NCBI GenBank assembly: GCA_013791675.1
Contig: VMTI01000239.1
Span: 1-50,902 of the forward strand
Origin: a bacterium
GTDB taxonomy: Bacteria > CG03
Direction of reading: 5' to 3'
DNA: 50,902 nucleotides
Numbering within the stretch: the first letter of the stretch is position 1; every line of letters starts with the position of its first letter. The translations under genes and the position numbers were made by a program. This document shows positions 20,399 through 29,064 of this stretch, in pieces. The notes under the pieces are model-generated. The model saw only the letters and a list, made by a program, of their open reading frames with translations, made no database searches and was not told the DNA's origin.

Positions 20399-20415
20399 AT
20401 TTGGAGGTAAAAGTT

Positions 20416-21471
20416 ATGGAAAATAAAAACAATTCTCTTTTAACACATCCTGTGTTAAAGTTGGCAGCGTTGTGCTTTCTATTAGCAACCTTCTTTGTTC
20501 CTGAGTTTCATGCAAGAGATATAAATCTAAAAGAATATGTTCTAGTAGCTAATGATGTTATAGAAATATCAGGTGCTTCTATCATATCCGGATGTGTTCA
20601 TTCGAATAATGCTGTTAAGGTCTTAGATAACCCGGAAATTAATGAGCGGGTATCTGCAGTTGGTAACATAGATATAATAGATCCTTCAAAGATAACAGTC
20701 TCACCAGAACACACATCTCATCTAAACGTCATTCCGAAAGTCAACATTTCCAAGTACAAGCAAATTAATAAATCCCTAATCCTTGAATATACGAAATTAA
20801 ACGGATGTTTTTTTGTCAATGGCGACGTAATAATAAAAGGGAAATTTAGCGGCAAAGTAAGTATAGTAGCGACAGGTAACATTGAGATAAATGGTGATAT
20901 GGATATAGAAACAATTAGTAATAACCCTGTATTATATACAGCGAAAGGAGAAATATCTATTAGTGGTAGTGGTGAAATAACAGGATTAATATATGCTAAC
21001 AAGATTAGTGTTTCAGGTACAGTAAAGTTAATACCGGTAAAAGCTCCTAGAAATATAAAAAGGGAAATGAAAGTTTTACTTCAATATATGGGCATTGGAG
21101 TTGCGGATGAAACACAAGCAGGGTCGGAAAGTTATGATGCTGAACAATTTAGCCGTCCAATAATGGCCCGGGGCACATCGAAAAATACCCATAAACGACC
21201 GACTATAGGCACAAATGTCAAGTATCGGCGTAATAAATCAGATACTAAAACTAAAGTGACAATTCTTACACAGGAACATGTGACTATTAGGCATTATATG
21301 ATTCCTCCAAGCAAGGAAAGGTTCAAAAAATTCAATGAAGTTGAGTTATGGGATGGGAAGGATTCTTCAGGGAGAGAAGTGCCTGACGGAACGTATTATA
21401 TTCTGTTGGATATTCAGCATCCTAAGGGACGAAAGGAAACAAAGACATTTCTTATAGAGAAGGGCAAATGA
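20416..21471 (+). CDS. secreted/anchored beta-helix-like repeat protein with a C-terminal FlgD-Ig-like domain
   Basis: GGAGG RBS 8 nt upstream of ATG 20416 (the ORF track starts at TTG 20401). Signal/TM segment LKLAALCFLLATFFVPEFHA. Short repeats of the form G-x-I-x-I-x-G. C-terminus WDGKDSSGREVPDGTYYILLDI. Confidence 0.65.
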   Translation: MENKNNSLLTHPVLKLAALCFLLATFFVPEFHARDINLKEYVLVANDVIEISGASIISGCVHSNNAVKVLDNPEINERVSAVGNIDIIDPSKITVSPEHTSHLNVIPKVNISKYKQINKSLILEYTKLNGCFFVNGDVIIKGKFSGKVSIVATGNIEINGDMDIETISNNPVLYTAKGEISISGSGEITGLIYANKISVSGTVKLIPVKAPRNIKREMKVLLQYMGIGVADETQAGSESYDAEQFSRPIMARGTSKNTHKRPTIGTNVKYRRNKSDTKTKVTILTQEHVTIRHYMIPPSKERFKKFNEVELWDGKDSSGREVPDGTYYILLDIQHPKGRKETKTFLIEKGK

Positions 21472-24400
21472 AATATTTAGTTTTTATAGCTATGTTTTGT
21501 ATTGTGGGTTATGCTGATGCTGTTAGCGTTAGTCATATTCCCCTATCTAACAGTCATTCTGACAATCAAATAGTAGAAATAAGTGCTGTGGTGACCGATG
21601 ACATCGGAGTAGCATCAGTTTGGCTGTATTATCGTGAAGCGGGAAAGATAGAATATGAAGTAACTTCAATGTTGTGCATTGCAGAAGATATTTATCAGGG
21701 TTGTATACCACAATCGTTTGTGTTAAATCTGAGAACTAAAAGAGTCGAATACTACATAGATGCAATTGGTAATAGTATAGGATATATATCTATAGGTCAG
21801 CCAGGAACGAAGGATAACCCTAATATTTTTCCTGTTTCGGATGTTACACTGCCCCAACCGCCCTGTTATGCAGAGAGTGGGGGTACATTTGACGGCAAGG
21901 TACAACTAAAATGGTATCACTCAACTTCAGCTGATGTAGCAAAATATAATATATATGGTGATAATGGTTCAGGAATTATTGATTATAGCAGGTGTATAGC
22001 CACAATTTTCTATCCTGATAAAACTTGGATATGTAATATAAACACACAAAATGATATGACTTACAAGTTTGTTGTCCGAGCAGTTGATAGTGCTGGGAAT
22101 GAAGAAAGTAATAATAAAATCTTAAATACGAATCTTATAATGGAGCCGTGGGAAGATAGTACCTCATTGCCTTTTTCACGACATGGTTATTTATCAGTTA
22201 TCAAAAAAAACAGGATATTCATAATAGGTGGTGGTCATACAGAAAACGAAAACCTTCGGCCGTGCGAACCAATAAGTCCTACCGTTACTGTATACTCAGC
22301 TCAGGTAAATAACAGTGGGACAGTAGGTGAGTGGAGAGAAGAAATAAATAGTTTGCCTGAAAAACGATGTTATTATGCAGGGGTGTCTTATAAGGATTAT
22401 GTATATGTTATTGGCGGACTATCATATGGTTATACCAACTATGCACAAAGAACAGTCTTTTTTGCCAGGATAAACGATGATGGGACAATGGGTAACTGGG
22501 AAACCACGACTCCCTTACCTTTAGAACTTGGAAGTAATTCTGCAGCTATAGTAGGTGACCACATTTATGTGGTTGGGGGATATTCAAAATATAGTAAAGA
22601 GAAAGTTGTATTGTATACAAAAGTTAACGCTGACGGTACTTTAGGGAACTGGAAGAATACAACTCAATTGCCCAGCTGCAGATTTTTTCACAGTACTGTA
22701 AGCAAGGATAAAAAGATATATGTTTTAGGTGGATTTGACGCTAATAATGGTGTTTGTGATACAGTCTTAATGTCCACAGTCAATGATGATGGCACACTCA
22801 ATTCATGGGAATGTACTACACCCCTTCCAGTTCCCCGCGCATCAGGATCTGCTGCAATTGTGGGCAATAAAATATATTGGACTGGTGGGCTTAATCCATT
22901 TATTTCTTATAGTAACTATATTAATTCCGGGGAGACAAGGGATACTGTCTGGTACACTTCAGTCAATGAGAATGGTCATTTGGGTTCATGGAATGGCACT
23001 GCATGTATGCCGTCAGACCGTATGTCTATCCAAATTTCGAATTACAACAGTAATTTATATATTGTAGGTGGACAAAAACAGCATGCAGATCTGTTGGAAA
23101 CGGATCCAGACATATTATATATATCAAAACACACGAATGTGTGGCATGCTGATATTTCCCGCATGTTCTCTCCAGTATTAGATCAAGCTCCTCCTACAAT
23201 CTCAATATCAGTAACTCCGAAGGAAGTTAAAGAAGTCGGCGAAATCACAGTAACAGTGACCGGAATGGATGATAAGGACTTATCGGCAATCTGGTGGTGG
23301 GGAGTGAACGCCGGAGATACTGAACTCGATAAGGCTCACTGGTACAACTGCAGTGGAACTTCAGCAACCAATATGTGGACAATAGATACAAGTAGTCTTG
23401 CCCCGGGAACTTACAAATTAGGTGCGAATGCTAGAGATAAAGCATATCCGGTACTTGGGGAACCGCATCAGGCATCTGAGGGTGATGGGATTGCATATAC
23501 TACATTTGAAATAAAAGATACAACACCTCCGCAAGTATCAATTACTAGTCCTGAAAACGGGGCTGTTTTACAGGACAAGGTTAACATAGACTCTATTGCA
23601 ACGGATAATTGTGGAATAGAGAAAGTTGAATTATATCTTGATTCTTCAACTTCGCCGGTTAACATAAGTACAACATCGTCTTGTGAATGGGAATGGGACA
23701 CAAAGGCATCAGAGAATGGAGAATATACCATCAAAGCTGTTGCCTATGATAAAGCTGGTAGCAGTGCTGTTTGTTTTATTAAAGTTACTGTTGAAAACGA
23801 TGTAACCTGTCCTGTTATATCTGAAGTTGCTTCCAATGATGTTACGGGAACTTCATCAAAGATTATCTGGAAGACGGATGAACCAGCGACAAGTGAAGTT
23901 GAATACGGCACTAGTACATTATATGGATATACAAGTACAAAGAGTACATTCCTAGTTACCGGACATGAAGACGGTATAGATGGTCTTACTCCGGATACAA
24001 TTTACTACTTCAGGGTGAGATCAGGAGATAAATATGGTAACTCGACAATAAGCGATAGCTACAGTTTTAGAACGCTGGATACAATTGCACCGGAAGCAGT
24101 TACTTCATTAAAAGTATCAGCAACAGGAACCGGGGATTCAATCCTGCTCTTGTGGACTACTTTATCAAGTGATGATGTCGTAGGATATAATGTTTACAGA
24201 GATGAAGGCCTAATAGATTCCACAACTGCACTTAACTATATAGATAATAAGGTAAAGGAAGGAGAAAAATATACTTACAGTCTTTCATGTAATGATGAAG
24301 CAGGAAACGAATCAGAGAAGATATCAGTAGAAATAACCCCGAATATTGCTCCTGAAAAAGTCAGTGGATTAAAAGTAGAAGTATTTCTGGAAGGCAGCGA

Positions 24401-27311
24401 GCTTAATTTATCATGGACTGCAAATACAGAATCAGATTTAGCAGGATACAGAATATACCGTAAGACCGCTGGAACAGCGTATGGTTTTATAAATATATCG
24501 AGTTCAACATATTTTACAGATATGGGGTTAGTAGATGGAACTACCTGCTATTATCACGTATCAGCAATAGACAAGCTTTCTAATGAAGGAAAAATGTCGA
24601 ATATTATTTCTGGAGTGCCCTTTGACACAATTTTTCCTGAACCTGTAAGCGATTTTAAAGCGACATCGATAGCGGAAGGAAAAATAAAATTATCATGGAA
24701 GATTTCTCCTTCAAAAGATATAGGAAAATATCTTATTTTTTGTGATAACGCAACAGGTGCAATAGATTATGATAAGCCTTTTGCTACGATATGTCATTCT
24801 GAGAATACGTGGTTTTCAAAATGTTTGACCAATAATAAAACTTATAAATTTGCCTTAAGGGCACAAGATAAATCCGGCAATATTGAAAAAAACACGCATT
24901 TAATTGCAGAAGTTTTAACTGATGCAACACCACCTATTTCCGGGTTACAGATCTTTATAAAAGATACTGGATGGTCCAACTACTTTGGGTATGGTTTTGA
25001 ATCAGTGCTAGGTACAGCAAAAGATTCTATATCGAGTATAAATAAAGTTGAAATTTGTATTAAGGATACAACAAATAACACATATTCTCTTGGTTGGGGG
25101 GGGTGGAGTGGTTCAGAATTCTGGTTGACAGTTACGGGTAAAGAGAAGTGGGCATATGATGCATATGGTTTAAATTGGAAACCCGGACATACATATATGG
25201 TTCAATCAAGGGCGATTGATAATGCGGGGAATATTGAGAAACCTACATCTTTGGGCAGTAAGTTGAATTGGAAAGTCCAAGCTTCCATGCCGACATATCG
25301 TTGGGGTTTTGGAATTGGTGTTGTTGATGGAAAGATATATTCAATAGGTGGCTATGGAGGCTGGGGTGGTGAAGCTTTAAATGTAGTTGAAGAATATAAT
25401 ATTAAAACGAATACTTGGGTTAAAAAAGCTCCTATGCCGACAAAAAGAGGAGCGCTTACTGTTAGTGTAGTTAATGGTAAGATTTATGCCATAGGAGGGA
25501 AAAAAGACATCAATTATAATGTCTGTAATGTTGTAGAAGAATATGACCCCATAAAAAATAAGTGGATTACAAAAACACCGATACCTGCAATGTGCGAAAG
25601 TATGACCAGTGCGGTAGTAAATGGCAAAATATATGTAATCGGAGGTAGTCTTATAGAAGGGCATTACTATAATGATCAAACAGGAATAACTATGGTTGAG
25701 GAATATAATCCTGTGACTGACAGATGGTTGCAAAAGTCGCCTATGCCGTCTGGCAGAGAGTGGGCAGGTAGTGCTGTTGTAAATGGGAAAATATATATTA
25801 TTGGGGGTTACGATAGAGGGAAAATTCCTCCAGAACTAAATATATATGATCCAGTTTCAGATGCTTGGAGTATTGGCTCAGATATGCCAAACCCTCGGTG
25901 GGCATTGGCTTGTGTTTCAGTAAATGGGAAAATTTATGCGATTGGTGGGCGTGGACATAAAAGCCATGCACACAGTACGGTAGATGAATATGATCCAATT
26001 AAAGATATTTGGATTTCAAAAAGTACGCTTTCTAAAAGAAGAAGTTATCTATGCGCAGCAGTTGTCAACGACAAAATCTATGCTATTGGTGGAATGCTTG
26101 CAAATATTACTGAAGTGGCAGATATAGAATTAGCTCAATTAGCACATGAGGATGAAGTTGATGTTAGTGAACAATTAGACAGAGCCGGTGCGTGGATTAA
26201 AGTTCCTAAAAATAAAAAAAGAATCCGGGGAAATGCTGTGACGGTAATGGCTGAAGCAACGGAGAATACAAAGGGGGTTCTTTTTCAATATAAGGCGCCG
26301 GATAGTGATGAATGGATAAATATTACCGGCATTGATGAGAAATTTCCCTATGCTGTTTATTGGAATGTCAGCGCTATTGAAAATGGAGAGTATTTCCTTA
26401 GAGCAGTTGCCTATAATTCGGATGGTTTAGCCGATATATCGGCGGAAGCAATTACTGTTTTTATTGATGATGGTAATTCAGATATTGTGGAAGACGGGAA
26501 TCCTGATGTGGATCCCAATAATGAACATCGAAAACGTGAAAAAATAGAAACGACTCAAGATAATAATGCTGTTATAAGGGAAGTTATGGTAGCGGATGGA
26601 ACCAGCGCCGCTATTGCCAGTAATCTATTGGAAGAAACAACAATACTGGAAATCACGCTTTTAAAACAGGAAACAATAGCCAGTATCTTACCTCCGCCAA
26701 ATTCCAATTTAAAGGCGACAGGAGTTTTTCGGGAATATAAACTGGAGAATGGGCAGAGGCATTTCTCAGAGGAAATTAACCTGAATCTTCCCTATTCTGA
26801 TGAGAATGAAGATGGAATTGTAGATGGGACGGACATTCGAGCTGAGGAATTGAAGGTGTTTTATTTTAATGAAACTATTAGAAAATGGGAGGAAGTCAGG
26901 GAAACAGAAGTTATCTCTCAACGAACTCGCTTGAGAGCGATATCTCAAAATGGTTATTTATACACGGGGAACAGTGTTTCGGCACAAGTCAACCATTTTT
27001 CTATTTTTGCGCTGATGGCATATAGGCCGGCCACAACTTTATCTAACGTTGATATTTATCCGAATCCTCTTAAACCCGATAGAGGTAACGATATTACTTT
27101 CGATAATTTGCCCGACCATTCAACGATAAGAATTTATGCGATTTCAGGTCGTCTGATCAAGGAACTTAAAGTAACAGCCGCCGATGGCGGACAGAAAGTA
27201 TGGGATACTAAAAATAATTCAGGGGATAAAGTTTCTTCAGGAGTGTATATATATCTGATAACGAATGACGTCGCAGGTAAGACCAGTGGCAAACTGGCAA
27301 TTATAAGATGA
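21468..27311 (+). CDS. giant (1947 aa) surface protein: two 6-bladed Kelch propellers, FN3 and Ig-like domains, T9SS-CTD/FlgD-Ig-like C-terminus
   Basis: Two Kelch blocks (NRIFIIGG...SNLYIVGG, and GKIYSIGG, GKIYAIGG x3, GKIYVIGG, GKIYIIGG, DKIYAIGG). FN3-like units (YNVYRDEG, YRIYRKTAG). C-terminus DIYPNPLKPDRGNDITF...WDTKNNSGDKVSSGVYIYLI. ATGA overlaps at both ends. Confidence 0.8.
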   Translation: MKYLVFIAMFCIVGYADAVSVSHIPLSNSHSDNQIVEISAVVTDDIGVASVWLYYREAGKIEYEVTSMLCIAEDIYQGCIPQSFVLNLRTKRVEYYIDAIGNSIGYISIGQPGTKDNPNIFPVSDVTLPQPPCYAESGGTFDGKVQLKWYHSTSADVAKYNIYGDNGSGIIDYSRCIATIFYPDKTWICNINTQNDMTYKFVVRAVDSAGNEESNNKILNTNLIMEPWEDSTSLPFSRHGYLSVIKKNRIFIIGGGHTENENLRPCEPISPTVTVYSAQVNNSGTVGEWREEINSLPEKRCYYAGVSYKDYVYVIGGLSYGYTNYAQRTVFFARINDDGTMGNWETTTPLPLELGSNSAAIVGDHIYVVGGYSKYSKEKVVLYTKVNADGTLGNWKNTTQLPSCRFFHSTVSKDKKIYVLGGFDANNGVCDTVLMSTVNDDGTLNSWECTTPLPVPRASGSAAIVGNKIYWTGGLNPFISYSNYINSGETRDTVWYTSVNENGHLGSWNGTACMPSDRMSIQISNYNSNLYIVGGQKQHADLLETDPDILYISKHTNVWHADISRMFSPVLDQAPPTISISVTPKEVKEVGEITVTVTGMDDKDLSAIWWWGVNAGDTELDKAHWYNCSGTSATNMWTIDTSSLAPGTYKLGANARDKAYPVLGEPHQASEGDGIAYTTFEIKDTTPPQVSITSPENGAVLQDKVNIDSIATDNCGIEKVELYLDSSTSPVNISTTSSCEWEWDTKASENGEYTIKAVAYDKAGSSAVCFIKVTVENDVTCPVISEVASNDVTGTSSKIIWKTDEPATSEVEYGTSTLYGYTSTKSTFLVTGHEDGIDGLTPDTIYYFRVRSGDKYGNSTISDSYSFRTLDTIAPEAVTSLKVSATGTGDSILLLWTTLSSDDVVGYNVYRDEGLIDSTTALNYIDNKVKEGEKYTYSLSCNDEAGNESEKISVEITPNIAPEKVSGLKVEVFLEGSELNLSWTANTESDLAGYRIYRKTAGTAYGFINISSSTYFTDMGLVDGTTCYYHVSAIDKLSNEGKMSNIISGVPFDTIFPEPVSDFKATSIAEGKIKLSWKISPSKDIGKYLIFCDNATGAIDYDKPFATICHSENTWFSKCLTNNKTYKFALRAQDKSGNIEKNTHLIAEVLTDATPPISGLQIFIKDTGWSNYFGYGFESVLGTAKDSISSINKVEICIKDTTNNTYSLGWGGWSGSEFWLTVTGKEKWAYDAYGLNWKPGHTYMVQSRAIDNAGNIEKPTSLGSKLNWKVQASMPTYRWGFGIGVVDGKIYSIGGYGGWGGEALNVVEEYNIKTNTWVKKAPMPTKRGALTVSVVNGKIYAIGGKKDINYNVCNVVEEYDPIKNKWITKTPIPAMCESMTSAVVNGKIYVIGGSLIEGHYYNDQTGITMVEEYNPVTDRWLQKSPMPSGREWAGSAVVNGKIYIIGGYDRGKIPPELNIYDPVSDAWSIGSDMPNPRWALACVSVNGKIYAIGGRGHKSHAHSTVDEYDPIKDIWISKSTLSKRRSYLCAAVVNDKIYAIGGMLANITEVADIELAQLAHEDEVDVSEQLDRAGAWIKVPKNKKRIRGNAVTVMAEATENTKGVLFQYKAPDSDEWINITGIDEKFPYAVYWNVSAIENGEYFLRAVAYNSDGLADISAEAITVFIDDGNSDIVEDGNPDVDPNNEHRKREKIETTQDNNAVIREVMVADGTSAAIASNLLEETTILEITLLKQETIASILPPPNSNLKATGVFREYKLENGQRHFSEEINLNLPYSDENEDGIVDGTDIRAEELKVFYFNETIRKWEEVRETEVISQRTRLRAISQNGYLYTGNSVSAQVNHFSIFALMAYRPATTLSNVDIYPNPLKPDRGNDITFDNLPDHSTIRIYAISGRLIKELKVTAADGGQKVWDTKNNSGDKVSSGVYIYLITNDVAGKTSGKLAIIR

Positions 27312-28306
27312 TGAGTAAAAGTAAACATATTGCATCTGAGAATCTAAGGCAGATTCTGTTGAAAATTTCACTTGTGCTGATTCTATTTTCATATTCATAT
27401 GTATTTGCAGCCGGCAGGACACGGGCAGAATTTCTACGCATTGATACCGGAGGGAGGCCGGCGGGGATGGGCGGAGCATTTTCTGCAGTGAGCGACGATA
27501 TTAACAGTATTTTTTATAACCCGGCTGGCTTGGGCTGGATAGAAGGAACAGAAGTAACATTTTTACATAATGCCTGGCTTGAAGGTATTTCTCAGGACTA
27601 TTTAGCCGGAACGCATAATTTGGGCTGGGGGAGTATAGGAGTCAGTATTAATTATTTTGATCTGGGTGAAATAACGGGTAAAGCATCTCAGATTGATAAG
27701 CCGTATAGTTTCACAGCCCGCCAAACGGCAGCAACTTTGTCTTTGGGTGGACGGATAAAGACAAATATGGCGGTGGGAACAAGTCTGAAGCTAATTCAGG
27801 AAAAGATAGAGAATGAAAATTCTTCCGGCTGGGCGGTAGATTTCGGAATTATAAATCAAATTGATGAATACCGTTTTGCTGTTAGCGCGCAGAATTTAGG
27901 CCCCAAAATAAAATTCATAGATGAAAAAGAGGAAATTCCCACTTTATTTAAATTCGGTATTGCCCGCCAATTAGAAAATTTAACTATAGCTTTTGATGTC
28001 AATGTTTTATTGAACAGTTCTCTGTATAATTGTTTCGGGGTTGAATACAAACTGAATAATATGTTGTCATTAAGGGCTGGTTATCAGATGGATGAAGATT
28101 ATGATTCAAACATTGGTCTCACCGCCGGCCTCGGTGTATTATTAGGTGATTATAGGCTGGACTATGCGTATATGCCTTTTGGGGAGATTGGAATTACCCA
28201 CCGTATTTCTATCATTTACTCATTTGGGAATTATCCCGTACTTAATGATTTTAAATCTTACTCAATGAATTATGACGATTGGTATAGTAAGTATGGAACC
28301 AACTGA
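27308..28306 (+). CDS. PorV/PorQ-family-like outer-membrane beta-barrel
   Basis: Signal peptide. RAEFLRIDTGGRPAGMGGAFSAVSDDINSIFYNPAGLG matches the family N-terminal signature from memory. Alternating beta-strand pattern with an aromatic C-terminal region. Confidence 0.65.
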   Translation: MMSKSKHIASENLRQILLKISLVLILFSYSYVFAAGRTRAEFLRIDTGGRPAGMGGAFSAVSDDINSIFYNPAGLGWIEGTEVTFLHNAWLEGISQDYLAGTHNLGWGSIGVSINYFDLGEITGKASQIDKPYSFTARQTAATLSLGGRIKTNMAVGTSLKLIQEKIENENSSGWAVDFGIINQIDEYRFAVSAQNLGPKIKFIDEKEEIPTLFKFGIARQLENLTIAFDVNVLLNSSLYNCFGVEYKLNNMLSLRAGYQMDEDYDSNIGLTAGLGVLLGDYRLDYAYMPFGEIGITHRISIIYSFGNYPVLNDFKSYSMNYDDWYSKYGTN

Positions 28307-28392
28307 ATTGTTTCGGATACTTTCTTTCCATTCAAACATGCAAGTATAAAATCACCAATGAGAAGTGCTCATTTTTGGAGTTATAGTGAGTG

Positions 28393-28421
28393 TTGACATT
28401 TGTATGCGTTTGTATTACACT
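28393..28421 (+). promoter_or_regulatory. sigma70-type promoter of the RHH/RelE operon with a direct-repeat putative operator
   Basis: TTGACA, 17-nt spacer, TACACT. The spacer contains TTTGTAT-GCG-TTTGTAT. Confidence 0.5.
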
Positions 28422-28440
28422 TTGAAGTGAAGGGGGAAAT

Positions 28441-28662
28441 ATGTCAAAAATAACAACGATACGCCTGCCGGAGCAGATGAGGGAGCAGCTTGAGACGCAA
28501 GCCCGCCTCGAGCACAGGTCTCTTTCACAGCAGATAAAGGAAAATTTGAAAATAGCTCTTGCCGCCACGGCAAATCCCGATCTGCCGCTCCAGTTTATCC
28601 GGGACATATTGGAGGCCAAGGCCGAAAAAGAGACAGGCGGCGCCGTGCCCTTTGAAATATAG
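28441..28662 (+). CDS. ribbon-helix-helix (CopG/Arc-type) antitoxin
   Basis: 73 aa. N-terminal TTIRLPEQMREQLE...A..EHRSLSQQI is an RHH pattern. Its stop overlaps the start of the toxin gene. Confidence 0.75.
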   Translation: MSKITTIRLPEQMREQLETQARLEHRSLSQQIKENLKIALAATANPDLPLQFIRDILEAKAEKETGGAVPFEI

Positions 28663-28943
28663 TGTATGAATTAAAAGCCCTGCCGAAGTTTTTACGGCAG
28701 TTCGGCAAGTTCTCTCCGGCGGACCAGAACAGGGTAAGAGAAGAACTCCGCAAGATCGCGGCGGATCCGTCCGCGGGCCATGTCAAAAAAGGCCCCCTTG
28801 CCGGAATAAGGGTTCACAAATGGAAATTGAAACATCAGTTATATCTTATCGCGTATGAGACGGATAAAAAAGCGAAGACCATTTTCATTTACGCCCTATC
28901 CACCCATGAGGGTTTTTATAAAGCTCTGCAAAGATATGTGTGA
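28662..28943 (+). CDS. RelE/ParE-family type II toxin
   Basis: 93 aa with a RelE/ParE-like layout (KFLRQFGKFS...R..EEL..IA.DP......L.G....HKWKL..YLIAYE). Paired with the RHH gene. Confidence 0.7.
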   Translation: MYELKALPKFLRQFGKFSPADQNRVREELRKIAADPSAGHVKKGPLAGIRVHKWKLKHQLYLIAYETDKKAKTIFIYALSTHEGFYKALQRYV

Positions 28944-29064
28944 TCATTCGGGGTTACGGACGCTGATCCCCGCCTGACTTGACTTCCGGGCAAGCGCGAA
29001 AGCCGTAATAATGCTATAATGCGGAAAGTAACAGTTGACTAAAATATCAACAAAAGGAAAATTT

